A DNA stretch of 64,000 nucleotides from Verrucomicrobiota bacterium. Its GTDB lineage: Bacteria > Verrucomicrobiota > Verrucomicrobiia > Limisphaerales > JADLHS01. The stretch lies in contig JBDHQI010000009.1 in the NCBI GenBank assembly GCA_039806955.1, forward strand, positions 65,517 to 129,516, read 5' to 3'. The first letter of the stretch is position 1. The number at the start of each line of letters is the position of its first letter. A program made the translations under genes and the position numbers. This document shows positions 16,830-26,445 of this stretch, piece by piece. Below the pieces are notes generated by a model. It saw only the letters and a list, made by a program, of their open reading frames with translations, ran no database searches and had not been told where the DNA came from.

Positions 16830-16903
16830 GCGGGGCGAAATCATACGGTCCGACTGCGGGCAAGCCAAGCCAATCTGACCGCAGAGTGCGGATCCGCCGC
16901 AGG

Positions 16904-18100
16904 CTAACGCGCGGCCGGATCGTTTAACTGAACCCGCAGCCGCGCGTTGGCTTGTTGAATCGCATCCAACTGCCAGCCGCGTCCGTTGGTCGCGGTGACG
17001 TTCCAATCCTTGGCCTGGTAATCGAAATCAAACACCCAGAGCGCGCTCAGGGGAATCTGATTCGTTTCCATGGCGGAAAGGATCGTGGCGAAATCAGCGC
17101 GGGCGGCGGGGGTGTCATTGCCCGGCACCCCAAACTCACCCACAAACAACGGCTTCTGTTCCGCCCGCGCCACCGTCACGGCTTGAGCGAGCCGGCCCAG
17201 GTCGTTGGTCAAATCGTACGCGCGCACGGAAAGCGAGTTGATGGGCGGGGGATTATCCGCCGCGAGCATTGCTGCAAATTGTTCCGGGGTGTCGTTCTGC
17301 CAGCTACGTTCCTGTTGTTGGTGCCAGGCGGAGGGACGGGGAAAAGCGTTGCCGCTGATGATCAACCGATGGGAATCGTATTTCCGCACTTCATGGGCGA
17401 ACGCGCGGAAGGCGATCCGGATATCCTCGTGCGTTACTTCGTCTTCCGCGGTACGTTGCGCCGGCGTGCCCAGATGCGGTGCCACCGGCGGGCGATGGGT
17501 GGCGGCGTTGGGCAGATCTGCAGCCAGATTATATTCGTTGCCAAATTCCCAGGCCCAGATGGCCGGTGATTGCACATAGCGCGTCACCAGTTCGCGGGTG
17601 TAATCGCGCATGAACGCAATGGAGCGACTGTTCGTATCCCCCCAGCGCGTGCAAGGTTCGCCCATCAGGTCCGGCACGGTGCTCAAGTTCCAGAACAACG
17701 ACGGAATCAATCCGACTCCCTGCCGCTCGGCGCACCGCACCACCGCGTCCAACTGCGTGAAGTACTGCGCGCGGTTGGTTTGATAAAGTTGCCAATTGAC
17801 GGGCCAATAACCCCCGGCGGAAAAGCGGACGAACGGAATCTTCCGCGCGGCCAGTTCCCGGAAACCGGCGGCGTAATCCGTCCGTGGCGATGGGGCCAAC
17901 GTGCGCACGAAGGCATCGTAGTAGTTCACGCCAATACCGCGAAACGGCGCGCCTTGCAGCCGCAATTCGCCGTGTTCATTGACGGTCAAACCCGGTTGTG
18001 CAGAGAAGCTGAATTGACCGGCAGCCACTAAAAGCCCGACCGCCAGCAACCAGCTTCCGCATCCGCCGTTTGATTTAATCTGGAACCGAAAATGACGCAT
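16904..18100 (-). CDS. Glycoside hydrolase family 5-like (cellulase/mannanase superfamily)
   Basis: Signal peptide; FRGIGVNYYDAF; AIWAWEFGNEYNL (the NE acid/base motif of clan GH-A). Confidence 0.7.
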   Translation of the reverse strand: MRHFRFQIKSNGGCGSWLLAVGLLVAAGQFSFSAQPGLTVNEHGELRLQGAPFRGIGVNYYDAFVRTLAPSPRTDYAAGFRELAARKIPFVRFSAGGYWPVNWQLYQTNRAQYFTQLDAVVRCAERQGVGLIPSLFWNLSTVPDLMGEPCTRWGDTNSRSIAFMRDYTRELVTRYVQSPAIWAWEFGNEYNLAADLPNAATHRPPVAPHLGTPAQRTAEDEVTHEDIRIAFRAFAHEVRKYDSHRLIISGNAFPRPSAWHQQQERSWQNDTPEQFAAMLAADNPPPINSLSVRAYDLTNDLGRLAQAVTVARAEQKPLFVGEFGVPGNDTPAARADFATILSAMETNQIPLSALWVFDFDYQAKDWNVTATNGRGWQLDAIQQANARLRVQLNDPAAR

Positions 18101-18183
18101 AAAGTTTGAGATAGCCTAACCGGCGCGGCGCCGGAGGCGCAACGCGGTTGCACTGGTGACGACAAAATGAATCCGCCGACGGC

Positions 18184-19518
18184 TCACGGCAGTTCGATGT
18201 CGAATTGGTTTTTGTCGCCCGGTCGCCACTGAACCTCCTTCGTGATGGTGCGGTCGTCCGGCGTTGTGATGGTGATTCGGTGGGTGCCGTGAAACACGCG
18301 CACCGACATGACGCCCGCCGCATCAGAACGGCCTTCAAGCTTGCTCCACCATTGATCGCGGATAAGCGCTTTCAGGCGCTCGTAAACCGGTTTGGGTGAC
18401 ATATCGTGCCGCAACCAACCAGCCGGGGCGCGTTGCCAGGCGCCGCGATCAGAAAAATCCCACCAGGTAATCGCCTCCACCGCCGGGTGCGCAAAAAGCG
18501 CCGTGTAAAAATTCGCCGTTTGCTCCGCTTGATGCGCCTCGCCTTCCGCCGTGGTGCCGCCCCAATTCTCACCCGGCCCCAACCGTGGACCACTCAAGAT
18601 GGTGGTTTCCGTAAAATGCAGTGGTCGCCCCAGTTCCGCGTAGGCATCGCTGACCCCCCAGACGATGGACAACGGCCAGACCCGGTCGTGCATGTGCGTC
18701 TGCAAACCCACGACGTCAAAAAGCGATTTCGATGCGGCCTGTACGTCTCGCAGCAGCTTCAGGTAGGGCGCGTCGTTGCGATAATCATTTACCAGTAATG
18801 TAGCGGTCGGGTGGGCCGCGCGCGCCACGCGCAAATGTTTGGCCACGTATTCCACCGGACCGAGGCGTTTGGCCCAACGCGCCATTCGCGTCTGATTGGC
18901 GCCTTCGGGAATATGCGTGGCTTCGTTGACCACGTCCCACACATCAATGCGCCCCTGGTAACGGGTAATAATCTCACGGACCCGCGCGGTCGAGAGCGCT
19001 TCCAGTTCGGCGTCACTTTCCGGCAGCCAACCCGGTGAACCAGCCGGATGATCCCAGACCAGCGGATGCCCCTTGCAGGTAATGCCCTGCTCCCGGCACC
19101 ACGCGACAACGCGATCGGTATATTCGTAATTGGGCTGGCCTCGTTTGGCCTCGTAAGCCGCCCAATAGAAACCAAGCGTGGCAAAATTGAATACGGCAGC
19201 GAACTGGCGGCGGTATTGAGCTTCCAGGTCTGGAACGCCGACGCGATCCAACATGAACGCATTGCCACCAAACCGAAAATCGTGGCGCAGTTGTTCGAGG
19301 CGGATGGGCACGCCAACCACCGGTCGCCCCTGCGGATCGCGCAATCGGATTTGCCCCGCACTTTTGCGGTGCTGCTCGATACGAGCCGGACATTGGGAAA
19401 GAATTTCTTCATCTGGCAACTGATCCCCGGCGACATTCGCCACCCTGATTCCCGGAACGAGCGACAACGTGGCCGCAGCGGTGGTTTTCAAAAAGTCGCG
19501 GCGGGTCAGACGCATCAC
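18184..19518 (-). CDS. Glycoside hydrolase family 10 (endo-1,4-beta-xylanase-like) with Tat signal
   Basis: MMRLTRRDFLKTTAAATL twin-arginine signal; GHPLVWDH; WDVVNEA (acid/base); LHFTETTI (nucleophile region). Confidence 0.8.
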   Translation of the reverse strand: MMRLTRRDFLKTTAAATLSLVPGIRVANVAGDQLPDEEILSQCPARIEQHRKSAGQIRLRDPQGRPVVGVPIRLEQLRHDFRFGGNAFMLDRVGVPDLEAQYRRQFAAVFNFATLGFYWAAYEAKRGQPNYEYTDRVVAWCREQGITCKGHPLVWDHPAGSPGWLPESDAELEALSTARVREIITRYQGRIDVWDVVNEATHIPEGANQTRMARWAKRLGPVEYVAKHLRVARAAHPTATLLVNDYRNDAPYLKLLRDVQAASKSLFDVVGLQTHMHDRVWPLSIVWGVSDAYAELGRPLHFTETTILSGPRLGPGENWGGTTAEGEAHQAEQTANFYTALFAHPAVEAITWWDFSDRGAWQRAPAGWLRHDMSPKPVYERLKALIRDQWWSKLEGRSDAAGVMSVRVFHGTHRITITTPDDRTITKEVQWRPGDKNQFDIELP

Positions 19519-19523
19519 GCAGT

Positions 19524-22307
19524 TTACTTTTCCAACCGGATGAACGCCAGTTCCACCTGAACATTGGACCGGGTGCCGGGATCAAGCCGTAACCGGGTGA
19601 TGTGGTCGCGCCAGCGCTGGTTCTGACCAACAGGAATCCGGTACTCATGCCATCGGCCGTCACCGCGGACGGCAAAGCGTTCGCTGCTGCTTTCGGTTTC
19701 CGCCTGTCGTGCGGTGCTCCAGAAAATTTGGGCCAGGTCAGTGAAGGATCGGCCATCGGCGCGACGTAACCGCAGGCGCACGATCACGGTGCTGAAATCG
19801 GCGGCTTTGGCCTGCGTTGCCGGACCGAAAAAAGCGGGATCGTTCCCCGTCGTCCGTGCGCGCAAACAACCATCCGAAACTTTTACATCAGTCAAGTGCA
19901 TGGTGTTGTTCCAACCCTGATCGTCACGCGTGAATTCCCAGGCGGTTCGCGGCGGTTCGGGCGGAGGAGTGTTGTACGGGCCAAGACCGACATCGGCGGG
20001 CGTGAGGTCGGTGTGCGGTCCGGACGCCGTGGTAAAGACGCTGCGGATGGCGTCCAGATAGCCGAAACCAAATTCCGCCTGCGGTTCGATGTAAGAGCCT
20101 TCGCCCCATTCGTTCCAGGCCTCGATCAACACGGCGGGCGCGAGGCGGGGATTGGACGGCTGCAATTCGATGACGGCTTTGGCGTCACGCAGATGTTGCT
20201 GGAATAATCGTGGGGTGCGATCGAAGCGCACGAGATTGTTCTCCCCGTGCCACGGACGGCTATCCCAGCCACCACTGATCGGCAGTGGCGTCAACGGCAC
20301 CGGGCTTTCGGCCAGCAGATGTTCCCATTGGCGGCGATAAGCTGTAACCAACTCGGCATACGGTGCGAATTTACCTTCACCGATCATGCCCAGATGCGGC
20401 CAGTTGTACGCGGTGACCGCGTCGTAACCTTCCTCCGCCGCGCGGCGCGCGCCGCCCACGTCACCCACGCAAGCGATCAGGTAAAGTCCTTTCAGCCCGG
20501 CGCGCTGACATTCCTCACGCATCGCAGTAAAAGCGCGTTTCACGCCGGCGCCGCCCAGATCGGCAGTCAAACGATCCGTGCTGAAAATGATGACGACCGG
20601 TTTGCCATCGAAGGTCAAATGCTCCGGGCGGCGGAAATAATTTTCAATCCAGTATCGCGTGACCGCGAGGCAATCCTCCAGCGAAGAAGTCTGCGGCGGA
20701 TTGTGATTGGCCCAGAGCAGACAGAACTTCAGGAGGTGCCGGTAGCGCGCCTTGAAGTAGCCATCGTGCAAAGCGTGTTCGAGAAAGCGCGCGCCTTGCG
20801 ACCAATACCAGTCGTAGGCAAAAAACGTGATGCCGTGTTCAACCGCCCATTTGATGTGCCAATCGGCAATTTCCGGATCGCCCTCGCGATACCAGCCGAG
20901 CACGGGGCGGCGCTCGGGAAAACGCTGGATCGGCTGCCATTGGCTGGCCGTGTTCCAACCAGGAAAATAATAGACGCCCACTTCGATTGGGCCACGTACG
21001 GGTTGAGGCTCAGGCACGTAACCGGTCATCGCCACGGACGGGCGCGGAGTGAAATTGACGTGGACTTGTCTGCGGGCGGCGGCAGCGTTCGGGGCGCTCA
21101 AGGTGAGCTGACAAACATTGCTGAGCGGGCGATCGGCCTCGACGCGCCAGGACCACACCATCTCGGCCCCAGGCGCGAGCGGGTGGTTGAGCGGGTGGTT
21201 GAGCGGGTGGAGATTTGCCGGTTCAAGCAATTTGAGGCCATCGGGAAGCTGGAGATCGGCACGGATTTCCGACGCCGATTCACCGCCGGTGTTGACCACC
21301 GTCGCGCGCAACGTGGCGGGCCGGCCGACGCGCGGCAACGCTTCCTCCAGCGCGAAGGCAGTAAGTTCGAGTTGCGCCGGGCCTTGCGGCGCATCGGCGA
21401 CTTTCAGCCAGCGCAATTGGGCGGTGGCGTTTGCCGCGTCGCTGGGACGCAAACCGATCGCGCTGACGTGCCCGCGCCAATTGGCGGCGGAAAGAAGATC
21501 GAGATTGTAGGTGTGCTCACGTCCGTCAGCCTTGAGCGGAAACGAAAAGCTGTGCAGACCCGATTTGTAATCGCTGGCAAAAAACAGCGTGGCGCGTTCA
21601 CCGCGATCCACCGCCAGGCGCAGCGATACGTAGAATTGATTGGTCGTGTCAATTTGCACCGGTGGACCGAGCAGCAGTCCGTTGGGCGGCACCTTGAACT
21701 CGCCGTCTTTCCATGTCGGCGGAGTGGGTGAGTCCACCATCTCGAGCCACTGCCAACCCGCCGCGTCCTGGCGAAAATCAAAGTCCGCGGTGGCGCTTGG
21801 CGGCGCGGGGGTTAAATCAACCACACGGAGAGAAGTCAGTTCAAAGCGCGCGCCATCATAAACATCGAAGCGCAGCCGCACGATGCGTCCCTCCATCTGC
21901 CAGCACGGCAGCACGCGATAGGTGTGCGGAACGCCGTCGCCCCGGATGTTGAAGCGAATGGTTTTTTCCTGCGTGAATCCGCCGTAATGGCCGGTGGCGG
22001 TGTTGGCCCAAAACAGTTCCGCCGTGCCGTCGGAATCGGCCCGCAATTGGATTTCCACCACCTGAAAGGCGGACGCCGGGAAATTGAGCAGCGGCTGCAA
22101 TTCCAGGATGGGATCATTGCCGATGGCGCGGCAATGGAGCGCACCGTTCGTAATCACGATGTCAGTCAAATCGGTATTGGGCCGCCAGCCTTGCAAATCA
22201 CCGGGCCGCTCGAAGTTCCATTCGACCACCGTCTTTGCCGCCAGCCCGGTGGGGGCGAACAGCGCCAACGCGAGGGCCGCGAACCAATGAATTCTGGTAT
22301 GACTCAT
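19524..22307 (-). CDS. Large secreted protein with a GH99-like / WbsX-family domain
   Basis: Signal peptide. Central VGVYYFPGWNTASQW...GWYREGDPEIADWHIKWAVEHGITFFAYDWYW is typical of the WbsX/GH99-like family. Flanking beta-sandwich domains. Confidence 0.65.
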   Translation of the reverse strand: MSHTRIHWFAALALALFAPTGLAAKTVVEWNFERPGDLQGWRPNTDLTDIVITNGALHCRAIGNDPILELQPLLNFPASAFQVVEIQLRADSDGTAELFWANTATGHYGGFTQEKTIRFNIRGDGVPHTYRVLPCWQMEGRIVRLRFDVYDGARFELTSLRVVDLTPAPPSATADFDFRQDAAGWQWLEMVDSPTPPTWKDGEFKVPPNGLLLGPPVQIDTTNQFYVSLRLAVDRGERATLFFASDYKSGLHSFSFPLKADGREHTYNLDLLSAANWRGHVSAIGLRPSDAANATAQLRWLKVADAPQGPAQLELTAFALEEALPRVGRPATLRATVVNTGGESASEIRADLQLPDGLKLLEPANLHPLNHPLNHPLAPGAEMVWSWRVEADRPLSNVCQLTLSAPNAAAARRQVHVNFTPRPSVAMTGYVPEPQPVRGPIEVGVYYFPGWNTASQWQPIQRFPERRPVLGWYREGDPEIADWHIKWAVEHGITFFAYDWYWSQGARFLEHALHDGYFKARYRHLLKFCLLWANHNPPQTSSLEDCLAVTRYWIENYFRRPEHLTFDGKPVVIIFSTDRLTADLGGAGVKRAFTAMREECQRAGLKGLYLIACVGDVGGARRAAEEGYDAVTAYNWPHLGMIGEGKFAPYAELVTAYRRQWEHLLAESPVPLTPLPISGGWDSRPWHGENNLVRFDRTPRLFQQHLRDAKAVIELQPSNPRLAPAVLIEAWNEWGEGSYIEPQAEFGFGYLDAIRSVFTTASGPHTDLTPADVGLGPYNTPPPEPPRTAWEFTRDDQGWNNTMHLTDVKVSDGCLRARTTGNDPAFFGPATQAKAADFSTVIVRLRLRRADGRSFTDLAQIFWSTARQAETESSSERFAVRGDGRWHEYRIPVGQNQRWRDHITRLRLDPGTRSNVQVELAFIRLEK
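21177..21210 (-). repeat. In-frame 12-nt tandem repeat (2.8 units) inside the WbsX-like gene
   Basis: gagcgggtggtt gagcgggtggtt gagcgggtgg, encoding LNHP LNHP LNHP on the coding strand. Confidence 0.9.
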
Positions 22308-22461
22308 CGGCGCAGTTTAGTCACAACTCCGGGCGATGCGGGAAATGATTTTTGCATCAGAAGCAAAAACGAGGCAATCGGGGCCGCCGCATTCCTCGCC
22401 ACGAAACGAAAGCGGAGCGGCGCAACCGCCACGACCGCCATCAGGCGATTTGGGGAAGCGC

Positions 22462-24789
22462 TCACCTTTCCAAGCTCTGAAGCAATTGTCGGGCGGCGGC
22501 AAAATCCGGGCGCAGCTCCAGTGCGCGGGCGGCGGCGGTGCGAGCTTCCTCTTCGCGGCCCAATCGCGCGAGAACCGTGGCGCGAGCGTAAGGAATCTCG
22601 GCGGAATGTGGGCTTAATGTTTCCGCGCGCCAAAGCGCCGTGAGCGCGTCGGCCAGATGGTTTTGCGCGGCATCGGCGAGACCAAGATTATACCAGGCGC
22701 GCGCAAATTGTGGATTGAGTTTCACTGTAGCGGCCAGCGCTTCCCGCGCCGCTGCGAGTTGACCGTTCTCGTTCAAGGCCAGCGCCAGTTGATAACGGTA
22801 TTCCGCATTGGTTGGTGCGAGGTGGCAGGCCGCTTCAAGGGCTTTAACTGCTTCCGTCGTTTGTTTGGCTGTGCTCAACGCCAGGCCCAATGCTTGTTGC
22901 AATGGCGCGGAATGAGGGTCCCAACTGACCGCGCGGCGGAAGCAATCCACGGCGGCGGCAACATTGCCGCGGTCCAGATGAAACACTCCGAACTGCATCG
23001 CGCCAACCGGTTGATCCGTGTTGAAGTTCAATTGGGTCAGCAAATCACGTCCAGCCGGCAAGTTGGTGTCGAGCGTGCGGCGCAACGCCCAAGCGGCTTC
23101 CGTCCGCACCCAACGCACCGGATCGGCGAGGCGTTCACTCAATGCGTTGAAAGCTGCCTGATCCCCCGTGGCCACCAACGGCTCCAGACCGCGCACGCCC
23201 ATCGCGCGCAACAGTTCGTTGGTGTGCGTGAGGGTGGTCAACAACGCTTGCTGAGCTTCCGGTTGATCGGGCCATGATTTCAACAGGTTCGCCGCGACCG
23301 CCTGCCAAAACGCGTTGGTCTCCGCGCGCAGGGTTTTCACCAGTTCCGGCACGGCGGCGACCGCGCCCGCTCGCGCCTGCGCAATGGCGATGACTCGCGC
23401 GCGATTCGCTTGATTGGTACGTGGCCCGTACCACTTGGTAATTGCCGCCAACGCCCAATCCGCGCTCTGATTTGCGTGGCAACGATTGCAGGCGTTCGGA
23501 ATGCCCAACTCCTGTGTCAGCCGCGGATCGGGAATGGTGAACCCGTGATCGTAGCGCGGATGCCGTTGCATGTAGGTTGTAACGGGCATGTGACACTGCA
23601 CACACTCCGTGCCATTGCCCATGCGCGCGGCGGCCTGATGCTCTGCCGCCGGCGTGGCCGGGATGAAATGAAAACTATGTTTTTGCGGATCAATGGTGGG
23701 CGCGCCATTGGCCGGTGGATTGCCGTGACAACTTAAACACATTTGATTCCCCGGCCGACGCAACTGACTGGTGTGCGGATCGTGACAATCCAAACAGCGC
23801 ACTCCCGCCGCGTACATGCGGCTGCCCAGAAACGCGGTGAACTCGTAATCCTCATCGCGCACCTGTCCATCGGGATAAAACACGTCCGTCTCATCTGGAA
23901 TGGTCAGTTGATAATGATCGTAGAAATTATCGCCCGGTTGAAATTCGCCGGTCAATTCGCCGCGCCGGGAATGACACTGGGCACAGGCGAAAAACGCTTG
24001 CTCCCGCGTGTAGCGGTGAATGGTGGGGTCGCCGGTTTGTTGCGGGTGTTGGGCCTGCCAGGCATTGTGCTCGGCCATCGGTCCATGACAGGCTTCGCAA
24101 CTGACACCGCGCTCGGCCATGGTCGTGCGATAACTATCGGTGACCGCATCGTAGTTGCGCCGCACCCGGGTATTATGACAAGCCGCGCACATGCTGTTCC
24201 AGTTCATGCCGCGCCCGGTCCAATGCCCCCATTCGCCGGGCTGACGGTCCTCATCGCCAAACACGTCAAACCACTCCTGCCGGTGCGGATCATAGGCCAG
24301 TTCCGAAGCCTGGTAGCGTCCGTTTGTAGTCGGGATCAAATACTGCCGCAACGGCGCCACGCCCAGCGCGCGTTCCGGGATGAAGGGGTGCAACCGGTTG
24401 TCCTGGCCAGGCGTGACGATTTGGAAAATTTGGTTGGTTGCGCGCAACTCCGAGGTTTGCCCGCCGTGTTGCAACTGGCGCGAGGGCACAAAGGCGGCGG
24501 CGTCCAGGTCAGCGGTGACCAATCGTTCCGCCTGGGCGTGATGTGATTTCTCCCATTGCGCATAAATTTCCGCGTGACAGGAACGGCACGATGCCGACGT
24601 GCCATAACGGGCGTACAATTCCACATCCGAAAGACGATCAAGTGGCGTTGGATTTTTTCCTGAGCGGCGGTTTGTGGCAGTGGAGTTGGCAAGCCAGGTG
24701 ATGGCAGCACCGAGCAGGAGCGCCACGCCCACGGCGACCAGGAGGATCGCTCGCGTGCCAGCCGGGGGCTTTGAGTTCTGCCTGTTCAC
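22462..24789 (-). CDS. Multiheme (8 x CXXCH) c-type cytochrome fused to C-terminal HEAT/TPR repeats
   Basis: CRSCH, CAACH, CEACH, CAQCH, CLDCH, CLSCH, CVQCH and CNRCH counted in the translation. N-terminal TM/signal anchor. The C-terminal ~300 aa has TPR-like repeats (AWYNLGLADAAQNH..., AEYRYQLALAL...). Confidence 0.85.
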   Translation of the reverse strand: MNRQNSKPPAGTRAILLVAVGVALLLGAAITWLANSTATNRRSGKNPTPLDRLSDVELYARYGTSASCRSCHAEIYAQWEKSHHAQAERLVTADLDAAAFVPSRQLQHGGQTSELRATNQIFQIVTPGQDNRLHPFIPERALGVAPLRQYLIPTTNGRYQASELAYDPHRQEWFDVFGDEDRQPGEWGHWTGRGMNWNSMCAACHNTRVRRNYDAVTDSYRTTMAERGVSCEACHGPMAEHNAWQAQHPQQTGDPTIHRYTREQAFFACAQCHSRRGELTGEFQPGDNFYDHYQLTIPDETDVFYPDGQVRDEDYEFTAFLGSRMYAAGVRCLDCHDPHTSQLRRPGNQMCLSCHGNPPANGAPTIDPQKHSFHFIPATPAAEHQAAARMGNGTECVQCHMPVTTYMQRHPRYDHGFTIPDPRLTQELGIPNACNRCHANQSADWALAAITKWYGPRTNQANRARVIAIAQARAGAVAAVPELVKTLRAETNAFWQAVAANLLKSWPDQPEAQQALLTTLTHTNELLRAMGVRGLEPLVATGDQAAFNALSERLADPVRWVRTEAAWALRRTLDTNLPAGRDLLTQLNFNTDQPVGAMQFGVFHLDRGNVAAAVDCFRRAVSWDPHSAPLQQALGLALSTAKQTTEAVKALEAACHLAPTNAEYRYQLALALNENGQLAAAREALAATVKLNPQFARAWYNLGLADAAQNHLADALTALWRAETLSPHSAEIPYARATVLARLGREEEARTAAARALELRPDFAAARQLLQSLER

Positions 24790-24834
24790 GCTCGCCGAGG
24801 GTTTACGAATTATCCGGCGTTGAAACCATTCCGG

Positions 24835-26310
24835 TTATTCCTCCCGCCCCACTTCGTGAACCCGGATGTAAGGACGCAAGAACAAGAGGCCCAACGGACA
24901 AAGCGTGGCCACCAACGCGAAGAACAACCACATGGTTGCGGAATGGCGCGCCCCCACCTCGGGACAATACTTGGCGAGCAGCGGGCCGGACGAAATCGTG
25001 GCGATGACTTTGCCCAGCAGCAACGGAATGTACGACAGCGCCGAATACGAAGCTTCCTGCCCCTTGGGCGCAATAGCCGCCGCGTATTCATAAACACGCG
25101 GCGAGTAAAACGCTTCCCCCACGGAAAACACCGCAATGTAGAACGCAATCATGACGTAATACGGATGAATGCTTCCGGTCAGATTCAGGTACCAATGCCC
25201 AACCAGATGGCCCGCCCAGCCATCGGCGGCGGCCTGAAACCAGACCGTTGGCAGCGCCATCACAAAAACCGATCCAGCAGTGATGGCGCCGCCGATCATC
25301 GTCATGCCGTAGGCCGGAAAGCGTTGCGTCAACGCGCCGATAAATGGCACGAGAAGGATCACCATCCAACTGTTGATGTTCCACAACGTGCCCACTTTCG
25401 CGCCTTCGCCCAGCTCGCGAATGCCGAACGTGGGAAACACGTAATACATCACCATCAGGATGGATTTCAGACAGGCAATCAGCGCCAGGAAACAGAGCAG
25501 CCGGTAAAAACTTCGCTGTTTGAACAGTCCCGCAAACAAATCCACCGTGTCCCGCGCGGCCTTGGCCACGGTCGCCAACAAGGCCGTGACCATGTTGCCC
25601 GACCGCGCCGCATGGGTCGGCGGATGAATTTGCACCCCCGTGTCCGTGACTTCCACGCCGGGACGCATCCACCACACGAGCGGCACCAAAGCCAGTTCAA
25701 TGATCCAACTGACGGCGAACAACGCACGATACGTGGTGATGGTGGTGCCGAGCAGCGGAAGGGTGAAATGCCCGTGTTCACCAAGTGATTGGCGCACGTA
25801 ATCGAACAGCAGCCCCGTCACCAGAAAACCCACATTCATCGCCATGTACACCATCGAGAACGAAATCGAACGCTGCCGGGTCGTGGAATATTTACGCACG
25901 GCCGCCACCAACACCGGCGTGCCCAACGCTTCACCGATGGCGAGTGGAAACAACCCGCCGATCAAGGCGATCCATTGGTTTGTCGTCAACACCATCACCA
26001 GCCGCGCCACCAGACAAACCCAGACTCCGAGGAAAAAGGTTTTGCGCAACCCCAACGCATCGGTCAGCGAACCGACCAGCAACGTGACGCCCGTCATCGT
26101 CAGCGACCACGCCAACACCAGCGCCAGCGCCTGCTCATCGGAAAAGCCGAATTCGGACGAAAGCCACAGCTTGATGGTCAGGTTGGTGACCGCATAAGCC
26201 GCCACGCTGAGGAACTTGATGACGAAGGTCAGCCACAACTCACGCGCCGCGCCGTTGAGCACGAGAAATTTCCCGATGAACCCCTCGGATGCCCGCGTTG
26301 CTTCAGCCAT
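24835..26310 (-). CDS. MFS transporter
   Basis: About 12 predicted TM helices. Start taken at the ATG at 26310 (MAEATRASEGF...); the track ORF begins at an upstream TTG. Confidence 0.75.
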   Translation of the reverse strand: MAEATRASEGFIGKFLVLNGAARELWLTFVIKFLSVAAYAVTNLTIKLWLSSEFGFSDEQALALVLAWSLTMTGVTLLVGSLTDALGLRKTFFLGVWVCLVARLVMVLTTNQWIALIGGLFPLAIGEALGTPVLVAAVRKYSTTRQRSISFSMVYMAMNVGFLVTGLLFDYVRQSLGEHGHFTLPLLGTTITTYRALFAVSWIIELALVPLVWWMRPGVEVTDTGVQIHPPTHAARSGNMVTALLATVAKAARDTVDLFAGLFKQRSFYRLLCFLALIACLKSILMVMYYVFPTFGIRELGEGAKVGTLWNINSWMVILLVPFIGALTQRFPAYGMTMIGGAITAGSVFVMALPTVWFQAAADGWAGHLVGHWYLNLTGSIHPYYVMIAFYIAVFSVGEAFYSPRVYEYAAAIAPKGQEASYSALSYIPLLLGKVIATISSGPLLAKYCPEVGARHSATMWLFFALVATLCPLGLLFLRPYIRVHEVGREE

Positions 26311-26445
26311 AAATGAGTCTGGCAATCATTTTTGAAGTCTGCATCAGAACGAATTTCAACCTTCAGGTAAAGTGCGAACCATCCGCAAACGGAAAAAGTT
26401 TTGAATTTCCCCACATCAACTGACACGCTGATTCGGATTGGCACG

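Noticed and set aside
15693-17006. Long form of the BNR-hydrolase ORF (start 17006), overlapping the GH5 gene by ~100 nt.
   Set aside because: The extension is Arg/Gly/Cys-rich and precedes a typical signal-peptide start at 16829 (MNRTDPF...LLLGLMLIPL).
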